A DNA stretch of 64,000 nucleotides, taken from the NCBI RefSeq assembly GCF_006345805.1, contig NC_043010.1:10726001-10790000 (forward strand). Direction: 5' to 3'. Below the pieces are notes generated by a model. The model was not told where the DNA came from and made no database searches. It saw only the letters and a program-made list of their open reading frames with translations. Below, in pieces: positions 1 to 12,528 of this stretch. The stretch's first letter is position 1, and every line of letters starts with the position of its first letter. The position numbers and the translations under genes were made by a program. The stretch comes from Octopus sinensis (Eukaryota).

Positions 1-312
1 CACGTAAAGGAGCACCATTCAAGCGTGATCATTACCAACGTCACCTTACTGACATCTGTGCTGGTGGCATGTGTAAAAAGATTCGAGCAAGGTCGTTGCC
101 AGTACCGCCTGACTGGCCCCCGTGCCAGTGGCATGTAAAAAGCACCCACTACACTCTCAGAGTGGTTGGCATTAGGAAGGGCATCCAGCTGTAGAAACTC
201 TGCCAAATCAAGATTGGAGTCTGGTGCAGCCTTCTGGTTCACCAGCCCTCAGTGAAAATCGTCCAACCCATGCTAGCATGGAAAGCAGACGTTAAACGAT
301 GATGATGATGAT
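1..312 (+). mobile_element. RTE-type LINE 3' end with (GAT)n tail
   Basis: GGCATGTAAAAAGCACCCACTACAC...GGAAGGGCATCCAGCTGTAGAAAC...GACGTTAAAC(GAT)n; the same tail follows the RTE ORF2 fragment at 22045-22715. Confidence 0.75.
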
Positions 313-723
313 ACTGTCAGCACATTTCCCTTATACTTAGAAGCTTTCTAATAGGATTCATCAACTTACATTGTTTCCACAACAGACACAACAGGACTTC
401 ACACTCATTCAGAAAGTGGTTAGGAAGGGGTTACATTTATTTACCATAAAATATCTAAACTTACACAAGCAAGATATCATTCTCAAGAAGAATTTATTTC
501 AGTGATATTAGATATCCTTATTAAATGAAATTTAGACAAAGTTGAAGATGCCAGGAAGATTTATGAATGAAGCACATGCCACATGGCTATCAGAATATGC
601 TGTAGAATGTAAGCAAACTTTAGGTTAATTAAAATATGTTTGGGACATATTTTAACTTCTAATGGAAAATCACTTTATTAAGGAGACAAAATTCTCTCTT
701 ACAGTAAAAGGTATAAGAATACC

Positions 724-954
724 TATTTTTTTACTACCCACAAGGGGCTAAACACAGAGGGGACAAACAAGGACAGACATAGGTATTAAGTCGATTACAT
801 CGACCCCAGTGTGTAACTGGTACTTCATTTATCGACCCCGAAAGGATGAAAGGCAAAGTCGACCTCGGCGGAATTTGAACTCACAATGTAACGCAGACAA
901 AATACCGCTAAGCATTTCGCCCGGCGTGCTAATGTTTCTGCCAGCTCGCCGCCT
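724..954 (-). mobile_element. SINE-B (head AAGGCGGCGAGCTGGCAGAA, central GCCTTTCATCCTTTCGGGGTCGATAAA, tail GTGGGTAGTAAAGAAATAGG)
   Basis: Full copy; TSD TATAAGAATACC at 712-723 and 955-966. Confidence 0.85.
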
Positions 955-1224
955 TATAAGAATACCGTAATTTCCCGGTCCCTCCACCGATTGGATTCCC
1001 AGAAGGCTGCTTGAATTAACCTAAAGTTTGTATTTCTTAATCACTGCTTGGCACTGGTGCTATTATGTTTACACCAGCTAAGCAGTCAAATAGCACAACA
1101 CAATTACTGATGTTGAATGTTTTTTATTAAAGTTTCTTATTTAACGATGGCGCAGAGTTATGTGGACACCTCTGAGGAGACCTCAATAAGGTTCGAAAAT
1201 CGATTAAGCTTGTTCAGCATTTTT

Positions 1225-1719
1225 ATAGGCACAGGAGTGGCTGTGTGGTAAGTAGCTTGCTTACCATCCACATGGCAACTTGGGCAAGTGTCTTCTACTA
1301 TAGCCTTGGGCTGACCAAAGCCTTGTGAGTGGATTTGGTAGACGAAAACTGAAAGAAGCCTGTCGTATATACGTATGTGTCTGTGTATATGTTTGTGTGT
1401 GTGTGTTTGTCCCCCTAGCATTGCTTGACAACAGATGCTGGTTTGTTTATGTCCCTGTAACTTAGTGATTCGGCAAAAGAGACCGATAAAATAAGTACTA
1501 GGCTTACAAAGAATAAGGCCTCCCAACATCGCCTGACAACCGATGCTGGTGTGTTTACGTCCCCCGTAACTTAGCGGTTCGGCAAAAATGAGACCGATAG
1601 AATAAGTACTGGGCTTACAAAGAATAAGTCCCAGGGTTGATTTGCTCAACTAAAGGTGGTGCTCCAGTACGGCCACAGTCAAATGACTGAAACAAGTAAA
1701 AGAGTAAAAGAGTAAAAGA
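1225..1719 (+). mobile_element. SINE-A (tRNA-like head AGGCGCAGGAGTGGCTGTGTGGTAAG, B-box GGTTCAGTCCC, internal TA/TG microsatellite, tail GACTGAAACAAGT(AAAAGAGT)n)
   Basis: Matches >25 other copies in the window; 3' module duplicated internally. Confidence 0.85.
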
Positions 1720-2070
1720 CCATCAGCATGGCTGCAGCTATGAGCTGAAACTACAGCAAAAAAAAAAAAAGAAGGCTGTGGCTTTTGAATCGACCGAGGT
1801 TTATCTCTCTTCAATATTTCCTATTGAGGAAAGCTAAGGAGCCAGAAATGGCTATCTCGGAATCCAATTGGGAGAGGCACTGGGCAGATATGGTATTTTT
1901 ACATCTTTTATCATAAGAGGGAATTTTTGTTCTCCACAGTAACTGCAGTGAATTTGTCTTTAGAAGCTAAAATATATCAGAAACATATTTAAACTAACCT
2001 AAATTTTATTTATTCCTAATCACTGTTTGGTTCTGATGCTATTATGAAGAAGGTAAGTTATCTCAGATCA

Positions 2071-2285
2071 GAAACTTTAGCAGGTCGGGCGAAATGCTTA
2101 GCGGTATTTCATCTGCCGTTACATTGTGAGTTCAAATTCCGCCAAGGTCAACTTTACCTTTCATCCTTTCGGGGTCGATAAATTAAGTACCAGTTAAGTG
2201 CTGGAGTCAATGCAATCGACTTAATACCTATGTCTGTCCTTGTTTGTCCCCTCTGTGTTTAGCCCCTTGTGGGTAATAAAGAAAT
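2071..2285 (+). mobile_element. SINE-B, 5' clipped
   Basis: 20-bp TSD AGGTAAGTTATC(T/G)CAGATCA at 2051-2070 and 2286-2305. Confidence 0.85.
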
Positions 2286-3088
2286 AGGTAAGTTATCGCA
2301 GATCATGCCTTCTATATTTAATGAAATCATCAAAATACAAAACTCTCAGGGTTCCTTCATAAAAGTTGAATTACTGAAGAATATTTACTTATTAGGAACT
2401 GATCCAAGCAATGGAAGCAATTACCTCAGAGTAAAGGTAATAGCATCAGTAGCAGAAATTTTAAGACATATTGTTCAGAATCTCTATTGGAATTTTGTAT
2501 CAAAAAAAAAAAGAAAGAAAGAAAAAAAGAGCTTTTCTTTCAGTGAAGTAGGAATTATTATATTCAAAGGTAGGTGGTAATCTTAGTATCTCTTGGATCT
2601 ATTATTCTTTTATGTGCTTATTTCTTACCCATTGTTCTAGAAAGTAGGCTAAATGACTTTGTTGATCATGGAGGAGTTATTGCTTAATGACTGAAAATTT
2701 ACTGATGTCTTCAGAAAATATTCTTGAATTTCCTACATGTTAGGTCGTAAAAACATTGGCTTCATAATTCATACTATGATTTGTATCCCAATTTTATGCC
2801 AAATTAAGTTGTCTTGTCATTTGTTAGTATGTATTGATGAAACAATACATATGCTGTGCAATTGAACTGTATCAAAAACAAGAAAGACTAATTCTTTATT
2901 CTTGAAATACTGATAACACAGGAGAGCAATTTTGAGCATAATTTCTGTTGAGTTTGCTCTCTCACTTGATTTTGACTAAATTTAATATGCTGATTTCAAA
3001 ACTACAGTCAGTTTTCTTTTATCATATAATTTTTTTTTTCCTCGAGCTTACTTTCTGAATAAGCACAATTGTAGTTTTTTTTTTATTC

Positions 3089-3498
3089 ATAGGCGCAGGA
3101 GTGGCTGCGTGGTAAGTAGCTTGCTAACCAACCACATGGTTCCGGGTACAGTCCCACTGCATGGCATCTTGGGCAAGTGTCTTCTGCTATAGCTCCAGGC
3201 CGACCGATGCCTTGTGAGTGGATTTGGCAGACGGAAACTGAAAGAAGCCTGTCGTATATATGTATATATATGTATATGTGTGTGTGTTTGTGTGTCTGTG
3301 TTTGTCCCCCTAGCATTGCTTGACAACCAATGCTGGTGTGTTTACGTCCCCGTCACTTAGCGGTTCGGCAAAAGAGACCGATAGAATAAGCACTGGGCTT
3401 ACAAAGAATAAGTCCCGGGGTCGATTTGCTCGACTAAAGGCGGTGCTCCAGCATGGCCGCAGTCAAAATGACTGAAACAAGTAAAAGAGAAAAGAGTA
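3089..3498 (+). mobile_element. SINE-A
   Basis: Full head-microsatellite-tail structure. Confidence 0.9.
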
Positions 3499-3894
3499 AG
3501 TAATCAGGTAGGTCAGGTGCTTTTATTATTTTATTGATATAATTATAACGCAAAAGACAGATTACATACAACAAACTATTAGTAAAAATGAAATGGCTTG
3601 CATTATATGGAAGCCTGGAAATGAATGATTCAGGTACTTCAAAGAAGGAGCTGGAAATAAAAGATGCTTTGAAAGAATTGAAAATAAATTGAAACACCCC
3701 CACCATCACCACCAAAAGGAAAAGAAAACACAGAAGGGAAGTAATGAACCACTTATACCACTGTGAGAATTACCGAATAACATCGGGATAGAAATGATGG
3801 GTTCATAATAAGCCTGTCCGCAAATATAAACATTTAGAAAGAAAAATATAAAGCATAAACAAATTTTGTGCACCACAGTCTCTATCTGTCTCTC

Positions 3895-4195
3895 TTTTTT
3901 TACCTCTCTCTCTCTCTTCCTCTTTTTTTCTCTCTCTCTCTCTTCCTCTTTTTCTCTCTCTCTCTTCCTCTTTTTCTCTCTCTCTCTCTCTTCCTCTTTT
4001 TCTCTCTCTCTCTCTCTTCCTCTTTTTCTCTCTCTCTCTCTTCCTCTTTTTCTCTCTCTCTCTCTTCCTCTTTTTCTCTCTCTCTCTCTTCCTCTTTTTC
4101 TCTCTCTCTCTCTTCCTCTTTTTCTCTCTCTCTCTCCTCATTTTCTCTCTCTCTCTCTCTCTTCCTCTTTTTCTCTCTCTCTTTCTCTCTTTCCT
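3895..4195. repeat. Polypyrimidine minisatellite of (CT)nTCCTCTTTTT units
   Basis: About a dozen 22-26-bp units; source of spurious RE/SL-rich ORFs. Confidence 0.9.
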
Positions 4196-4619
4196 TCTAC
4201 CTCCATGCACATAATGAATCCTGACTCAAATGTCTGACATAAACTAGGATTCCATCATTTCGAATTGTCTTTGCAATTCTGTTACCATTCTGCTACCAAT
4301 AAAGCACCAGGGCTGTAAAAAGAAGAGATTAAAATTCATCTACTCTATATTCCTTCAAAGGATATTCGGCAAATGAACCACCCCTCAACCTCAGTCTCAT
4401 TCACTTAACCAATCCAGTCAAATATACTATTATATATCACATTTTGCTTTCAGTTGTAAGCTGTTTGGGGAAAATATCCGTTCAAGCCATTTTCCTCAAA
4501 GGCAGAGGAGACCATAAAATTTTGGGTGCTGCATAGCTAGAGGAAATAAAGTATATTTTAGAGGAATATAGATTAATAGTATTATGGTAATACATTTCAA
4601 AATTCATTGTATACAGCAA

Positions 4620-4667
<48 letters not shown>

Positions 4668-5159
4668 ACACACACACATACACACACACACACATATATA
4701 TATATATACAAACACATGCACATGTGTTTATAGGGCATATATGTGTGTATTTATGTAGGTATATATATATATTATTTTCATGTATATTTATGTACAGAAG
4801 CATATATATATATATATATATATACTCACATATATATGTATATTTATATAGGTATGTATATAAATATATATATATATACACACATATACTTGTATATATG
4901 TGTGTGTATGTATGAATGTACTTGTAAATGTATGTGAGTATATATACTTACATAGTACACCCAATATATACTACCACATCACACACAATATTTCTTGAAA
5001 TGAATGTTGCCAAGCCAAATCACAAGTGTGCATATATATATATATATATTATATATACACACACACATACATACATACATGCATATATACATACATACAT
5101 ACATGCATGCATACATACATACATGCATGCATACATGCATACATACATACATACATACA

Positions 5160-5190
<31 letters not shown>

Positions 5191-5210
5191 TTGTATGCAT
5201 GTGTGTATAC
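4620..5210. repeat. Compound (CA)n/(TA)n/(TACA)n microsatellite
   Basis: Direct reading. Confidence 0.9.
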
Positions 5211-5591
5211 ACAATTATGAAAGAGGAATGGTTCTTCAAGGATATTTCTTAGATTCTTTGTATATTCTGCTGTAATAATAATCCAAATAAAAATATTACG
5301 TAAAGAATTATTACCCAAGAATCATTTGAGAATCATAATAAAAAAGAAAAGAAAATCTGCATTTAAAAATGTATTAAAAACAGACAGTTGACTATAAAAG
5401 GTTTACACGGGTATTAACTCTTTATTGAGTGATCCTAAATAAAGCTCATAACAAAGATCTAAGAGACTAATAATTCTTTGATCCAGTAATATTTTTCTAT
5501 GGATGAAATATTTGAAAATTATTATTAATGTTACTCTGAGAATGGTGGTGTTGCAGAATTGCCAGAATGTCAAGGGAAATTCTTTGCAATG

Positions 5592-5992
5592 TCTTTATAT
5601 ATAAAAGTGAGGTTGTGTGCTGTCTGTCACCTACGATTTAGATTCCTAACTACTCCCACATTTTGCGGTGCAGTTTAACCAAAACCGGGTATCTTATAGT
5701 CGTGATTCATATCGAGCCCTTCTGGGTATTAGTGCGCGTCTACGATGAGTCTACGATTTAAAAAAAAATTTACCATCATTTTTTTCCATTTTAATGCATT
5801 TTTTTCGCTATTATATAAGGGAAGTAACTCTCTAAAAATGTCTACGATGAGTCAACGATTTAAAAAAACATTTACCATAATTTTTTTCCATTTTTAATGC
5901 ATTTTTTTGCTATTTTTTGGCTATAACTCTCTAAAAATGCTTATATAGTTATTTCCCTTACAAACCTGAGCAACGCCGGGCAATACTGCTAG
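5592..5992 (+). mobile_element. Non-autonomous Helitron, subfamily 1
   Basis: 5' TC(TTTATATATAAAA), 3' hairpin CCTGAGCAACGCCGGG then CTAG|T; no TSD. Confidence 0.8.
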
Positions 5993-6185
5993 TATATAAT
6001 AATAGTCCCTTACGTTTCTGACTTCAGATTCCACTGAGGCCTATTCTGCACTTCAACTTTCTGCTGCTCAGATAAAATAAAGTACCTGTAAACTGCTGGT
6101 ACCAACATTATTGATTATACATCTCCTGACAAAATTTTAGACCTTCTACCTATGTTTCAGCTGTGTATTAATGTTATGATAAAGA

Positions 6186-6710
6186 TGGCCAGCTGGCAGA
6201 ATCATTAGCATGCTGAGAAAAATGCTTAGCAGCATTCCTTCAGTCTTTACATTCTTGAGTTCAAATTCTGCCAGGGTTGAGTTTACCTTTCATCATTTCA
6301 GAGTTGGTAAAATAAATACTGTGGAGGCGCAATGGCCCAGTGGTTAGGGCAGTGGACTCGCTGTCAGAGGATCGCAGTTTCGATTCCCAGACTGGGCACT
6401 GTGTGTGTTTATTGAGCGAAGACACCTAAAGCTCCACGAGGCTCCAGCAGGTGTGGGTATGGCGACCCCTATTGAACTCTTTCACCCCAAATTTCTCTCA
6501 CTCTTTCATCCTGCAATGGACTGGTGTCCCGTCCAGCTGGGGCGAACACATATGCCACAGAAACTGGGAAACCGGGCCCATGAACGTAGCTAGGCTTGAA
6601 AAGGGCGCATAAAAAAAAATAAATACTAACTGGGCCCTGGGGTTGACATAATTGACTTACCCTCTCTCCTGAAATTGTTGGCCCTGTGCAAAAATACGAA
6701 ACCAATGTTA
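6186..6710 (+). mobile_element. Old SINE-B variant split by a SINE-C insertion
   Basis: B-type head and centre at 6186-6320, remainder resumes 6620-6710. Confidence 0.6.
6321..6615 (+). mobile_element. SINE-C body (head GTGGAGGCGCAATGGCCCAGTGGTTAGGGCAG) with tail 2
   Basis: A/B-box-like head; tail ..GAAACCGGGCCCATG..AAAAGGGCGCAT(A)n; TSD AAATAAATACT. Confidence 0.8.
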
Positions 6711-6751
6711 ATGCTTTGATAAGTGCAGTAAGCTAGCAGAATTGTTAGCAT

Positions 6752-7160
6752 GCACAGTAGTGGCTGTGTGGTAAGTAGCTTGCTAACCAACCACATGGTT
6801 CCGGGTTCAGTCCCACTGTGTGGCATTTTGGGCAAGTGTCTTCTGCTATAGCCCCCAGCCGACCAATGCCTTGTGAGTGGATTTGGTAGACGGAAACTGA
6901 AAGAAGCCTGTCGTATATATGTATATATATATAAGTGTGTGTGTGTGTGTTTATGTGTCTGTGTTTGTGCCCCAAGCATTGCTTGACAACCGATGCTGGT
7001 GTGTTTACGTCCCCGTCACTTAGCGGTTCGGCAAAAGAGACCGATAGAATAAGTACTGGGCTTACAAAGAATAAGTCCCGGGGTCGATTTGCTTGACTAA
7101 AGGTGGTGCTCTAGCATGGCCGCAGTCAAATGACTGAAACAAGTAAAAGAGTAAAAGAGT
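6752..7160 (+). mobile_element. SINE-A
   Basis: Near-full copy. Confidence 0.9.
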
Positions 7161-8210
7161 ACACAACTGGTACCACAGCCACTCCTGCGCCTATCAATAC
7201 TTTGACCTATGTTTTCCTGTGTCTCTCTCTTCCACAAGTTAGCCTCCACTTCAAGTAATCAACACTTCTTTACACAACTGACCTTATCCATTTTCGAACC
7301 AATGATTGAACCAAAGCAGTTTTCCCACTTGCACACTGCACTGTATTAAAATACTAAAAGCATGTAATCAAAATGATGCTAATTACATTACATGCTTTAA
7401 TGGACAAATCAACTGATTCTTTTAATTTTTTTTTTTAGGTAAATTTTTTTTATTGCTTTGAATTAGATAAGTTATCAAGCTGCAAAGACTAATAACAGTG
7501 CCAACAAATATCTTAATTTTCAGAAATTTTCATTCCTTAGAACCACTCACTGCATATTGCCTTATACCTATTGCGTTATTAATGCCTTATTAAAGCTGTC
7601 ATGTTCAAATAGATTTCTAAGATAAATTATTCTGTTAAAGTAACTTTCACAGCAAAGCACTGTTGTTGATGTATAACCATTAAAATTTGAGCAAGAATAT
7701 TGGTTCCCCATTGATTCAATAAATTATAAGCCTATATCCATAGCATGAAACACAGAATTTAGTTTTATAAGATTATGAAAATATATGAAGATGTATCATT
7801 TCTTCAGCCTGAGATTGTCTGCAAATACTACAATAACAGAGATTTTCTATATCACTTTAAAGACATACATGTATCTTCTAGAACTAATTTAGCAAACCTA
7901 TTAACATGCATGCATATCAGCAGTGATGTGTAGCAACCTTTTGGGTGACACATAACTTTTATTTGTTTCTGACATTGGACTGTGGCCAAACTGAGGCATG
8001 ACCTAGAAGAATTAAGTTGAACAAATTAACAAATTAACCCCGGTACTTATTTGTAAGTCTGGCACTTATCCTATCAGTCCCTTTTGTCAAACTGCTAAAT
8101 TTATGGGAACATAAACAAACCAACACCGATTGTCAAGTGGTTGAGGTGGGTCAAACACAGAATCAAATAAAATATTTCCATACCCAGCTATAAATGACAC
8201 TGTTCTGTTT

Positions 8211-8437
8211 CTCATTTCTTTACTACCCACAAGGGGCTAAACATAGAGGGGACAAACAAGGACAGACGAATGCATTAAGTCGATTACATCGACCCCAGTG
8301 CGTAACTGGTACTTAATTTATCGACCCCGAAAGGATGAAAGGCAAAGTCATCGTTGGTGCAATTTGAACTCAGAACGCAGCAGCGAACGAAATACCACAA
8401 AGCATTTCTCCTGGCATGCTAACGATTCTGCCAGCTC
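8211..8437 (-). mobile_element. SINE-B
   Basis: Reverse complement of the B consensus. Confidence 0.8.
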
Positions 8438-8818
8438 ATAGACAATGTTCTGTCTCTGTCTACCAAATTTACTCATTAGGCGTGGTTGACCCAGAGCTAT
8501 TGTAGAAGACACTTGTCCAGGATACTGTGCAGTGGAACTGAATCCAAAACCATGTGGTTTCAAAGTGAGCTTCTTAACTTAACTGCCGTTCCTGCACCAT
8601 TGTGCCTTAATTAGATTTTGGAATCCTCTCTCATTATACGGTGACTCCAAGTGGCTTTTGTATCCAGCATGATGATAGGAATGCCACATATCCTGTTTAT
8701 GATATGGGATTCATGGAGCTTTGTTCTATGATTATTTCTTTCAAGGACAATAAGTAGCTGGGATGGCTAATAATCACAGAAACACTGTGAATATTGTAGT
8801 TTACACCCTCATCCAACC

Positions 8819-9442
8819 TTAATCCTTTAGTCATACCAGTTATATCAGGCCCAGGGGGCGCAATGGCCCAGTGGTTAGGGCAGCGGACTCGCGGTCATAG
8901 GATCGCGGTTTCAATTCCCAGACCGGGCGTTGTGAGTGTTTATTGAGCGAAAACACCTAAAAGCTCCACGAGGCTCCAGCAGGGATGGTGGTGATCCCTG
9001 CTGTACTCTTTCACCACAACTTTCTCTCACTCTTACTTCCTGTTTCTGTTGTACCTTGTATTTCAAAGGGCTGGCCTTGTCACTCTCTGTGTCACGCTGA
9101 ATATCCCCGAGAACCATGTTAAGGGTACACGTGTCTGTGGAGTGCTCAGCCACTTACACGTTAATTTCACGAGCAGGCTGTTCCATTGATTCGGATCAAC
9201 CAGAACCCTCGTCGTCGTAACCGACAGAGTGCTTCCATCGATATCAGGCCCAAATATTCCACCTGTTTTATGCTTAAACCAGTTAGATGTAGCCTCTTAT
9301 ATCTAATCTACAATGTCGTTCTGATAATAAAGAATCCCATCATTAAAATCTTGACACTTTAAGATCATGGGTGATTAATTCAAAGTAATGTGAATAAAAA
9401 TCCAATAAATTTGACAGAGTAATCTGAATGCTAAAGAGTTAA
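8819..9442. mobile_element. piggyBac-type MITE (family 2) containing a SINE-C
   Basis: TTAA-TCCTTTAG...CTAAAGAG-TTAA termini. Confidence 0.55.
8853..9238 (+). mobile_element. SINE-C with tail 1
   Basis: Tail ..GTCGTCGTAACCGACAGAGTGCTTCCAT; TSD ATATCAGGCCCA (8842-8853, 9241-9252). Confidence 0.85.
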
Positions 9443-9875
9443 ACCACAAATAGAATTTTTTTTTTTTTTAATTATGGTAATCCCAGACTCAGTCCTCTGA
9501 TTGAAGAATTCTGGGAGACACTTGGTAGCTGTCAATTAAATTGATTCGAGTACATGAGTGGTAGTTTAGTTCATTGATCACCAGAGAAATGAAAAACATA
9601 GTTGAAGTTAACAGAGTTTGAACTCAGAAAGTATAAGTATATAAGAAAATACTGCAAAAACACTTTGATGTTTGCATTTCTGCCAATCCACAATTATGCT
9701 TATGAAATTGTTGAGTAATTAACCACAGTGATCTATATTTTAAAATATGCTAATTTTTCACACTTTCTTGTGTAGGATATTGCATATCTAATCAGTGTTT
9801 CTCTCATCAAAACTTTGTATGTAAAACCTATGGGTTACTAACAAGATTTAATAAGGCAGAAGAATGTTCAGAGTT

Positions 9876-10285
9876 CTCTTTACTCTCTTTTACTTGTTTC
9901 AGTCATTTGACTGCAGCCATGCTGGAGCACCGCCTTTAGTCGAGCAAATCGACTCCGAGACTTATTCTTTGTAAGCTCAGTACTTATTCTATCGGTCTCT
10001 TTTTGCCGAACCGCTAAGTGACGAGGACGTAAACACACCAGAATCAGTTGTCTAGCAATGCTAGGGGGACAAACACAGACACACAAACACATACACACAC
10101 ATATATATATATACATATATACGACAGGCTTCTTTCAGTTTCCGTCTACCAAATCCACTCACAGGCTTTGGTCGGCCCGGGGCTATAGCAGAAGACACTT
10201 GCCCAAGGTGCCACGCAATGGGACTGAACCCGGAACCATGTGGTTGGTAAACAAGCTACTTACCACACAGCCACTCCTGCACCTA
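9876..10285 (-). mobile_element. SINE-A
   Basis: Full reverse copy. Confidence 0.9.
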
Positions 10286-10797
10286 AGTTGTTTATCTTAC
10301 TTATAAAAATGACAAAAATAAATTTCAGTATTGAGTATAACTATTTCTAAGTAGAGTTTCAATGCTCTCTACATTCAATATATTAACATTAATTTAAATA
10401 TGCTAGCTCAATTTAAAGTTCATACCTTCATGATAGATTTTGCAAATAATGTTGCTAGCAAGCAGTCTGACCTGAATGGTGCACCCCCCCCCATTCAATA
10501 TGCACAGTGGGAAGCATTGTTATACTAAACTTTAGTGGTTTAATATTGATCTGAAAATGTCTTTCAAAATTAAGATAAGGTTAGATTATTATGCTGTAGT
10601 ATTAACCACACTTCCTAAATTTAAATCATATTAGTTTTTTGTTGTGCACCTGCACAAAGCACATAGTTCTTTTTTTTTGCTTCGATCTTAAAACCATAAA
10701 ACATGGAGTATGAAACAGTTATATATAACTATTTGGGAATGTGCATACCTGTACGTTTGTGCACATCTATCTATCTATCTATCTATCTATATGTATG

Positions 10798-10846
<49 letters not shown>

Positions 10847-10857
10847 GTATATATATA

Positions 10858-11089
10858 TTTCTTTACTACCCACAAGGGGCTAAACATAGAGAGGGACAAA
10901 CAAGGACAGACAAAGGGATTAAGTCGATTACATCGACCCCAGTGCGAAACTGGTACTTTATTTATCGACCCCGAAAGGATGAAAAGTAAAGTCAACCTCG
11001 GCGGAATTTGAACTCAGAACATAACGACAGACGAAATACCGCTAAGCATTTCGCCTGGCGCGCTATCGTTTCTGCCAGCTCACCGCCTT
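10858..11089 (-). mobile_element. SINE-B in a (TA)n tract
   Basis: Full reverse copy. Confidence 0.85.
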
Positions 11090-11109
11090 GTATATATATG
11101 TGTGTGTGT

Positions 11110-11528
11110 GTGGAGGCGCAATAGCCCAGTGGTTAGGGCAGCGAACTCGCGGTCAGACGATCGCGGTTTCGATTCCCAGACCAGGCGTTGTGTGTGTTTA
11201 TTGAGAGAAAACACCTAAGCCCAGTACTTATTCTATCGGTCTCTTTTGCCGAACAGCTAAGTGATGGGGACATAATCACACCTGCATCGGTTGTCAAGCA
11301 ATGCTAGTGGGACAAACACAGACACACAAACACACAGACACACACACATATATATATATATATACATATATACGACGGGCTTCTTTCAGTTTCCGTCTAC
11401 CAAATCCACTCACAAGGCTTTGGTCGGCCCGAGGCTATAGTAGAAGACACATGCCCAAGGTGCCACGCAGTGGGACTGAACCCGGAACCATGTGGCTGGT
11501 AAGCAAGCTACTTACCACACAGCCACTC
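11110..11528. mobile_element. Chimera of a SINE-C 5' fragment (+) fused to a 3'-truncated SINE-A (-)
   Basis: Junction ACACCTAAGC|CCAGTACTTA at ~11220. Confidence 0.75.
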
Positions 11529-11554
11529 GTTTATCTTTTATCTTTTATATTTTA

Positions 11555-11776
11555 CTTATTTCAGTCATTAGACTGTGGCCATGCTGGGGCACTATGTTGA
11601 AGAATTTTTATTCAAATGAACTGATCCTATAACTTATTTTCTATTTTTTTAAATCTGGTACTTATTTTATTGGTCTCTTTTGCTGAACCATTAAGTCATG
11701 GAGACATGAACAATCCAGTACCAGTTGTCAAGCAGTGGTAGGGGAACAAACACAAACAAAAAGTCACACAAACTTG

Positions 11777-11808
<32 letters not shown>

Positions 11809-11895
11809 CACTATGACAGTCTTCTTTCAGTTTCCGTCTACCAAATCCACTCACAAGGCTTTGGTCAGTCCAAGGCTATAGTAGAAGATGCTTGG
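11555..11895 (-). mobile_element. Old diverged SINE-A-related copy
   Basis: Tail, central and ..CAAATCCACTCACAAGG.. motifs retained. Confidence 0.6.
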
Positions 11896-12090
11896 CCATC
11901 ATCATAATTGTCGTCGTCATCATCATCATCATCATGGTCATGATCATCATTATCTAATAACCATCCCACGGAAGCATGGAAAAGCAGACATTGTTTTGAG
12001 TTGGTTAAAATAATATAAGCCACTGAGCAAATAGTTTCTTTTCATCATGACATAATTATTTCAAATTATAGTTTTCTATGTTCAATGTAT

Positions 12091-12528
12091 TAGGCGCAGG
12101 AGTGGCACAGGAGTGGCGCAGGAGTAGCTGTGTGGTAAGTAGGTTGCTTACCAACCACATGGTTCCGGGTTCAGTCCCACTGCGTGGCACCTCGGGCAAG
12201 TGTCTTCTACTATAGCCTCGGGCCGACCAAAGCCTTGTGAGTGGATTTGGTAGACGGAAACTGAAAGAAGCCTGTCGTATATATGTATATATATATGTGT
12301 GCATGTATGTTTGTGTGTCTGTGTTTGTCCCCCTAGCATTGCTTGACAACCGATGCTGGTGTGTTTATATCCCTGTCACTTAGCGGTTCGGCAAAAGAGG
12401 CCGATAGAATAAGTACTGGGCTTACAAAAGAATAAGCCCCGGGGTCGAGTTGCTCGACTAAAGGCGGTGCTCCAGCATGGCCGCAGTCAAATGACTGAAA
12501 GAAGTAAAAGTAAAAGTAAAAGTAAAGT
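12091..12528 (+). mobile_element. SINE-A with reiterated 5' end
   Basis: GCAGGAGT(G/A)G-like unit three times at the head. Confidence 0.9.

Larger units (their letters stand above)
330..3080 (+). mobile_element. Heavily decayed protein-coding relic, probably a DNA transposon, interrupted by SINEs
   Basis: Stop/frameshift-broken reading (..DARKIYE*STCHMAIRICCRM.., ..FLNHCLALVLL.., ..NHCLVLMLL.., ..ELLKNIYLLGTDPSNGSNYLRVK..) rejoins across SINE TSDs; family unassigned. Confidence 0.35.
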
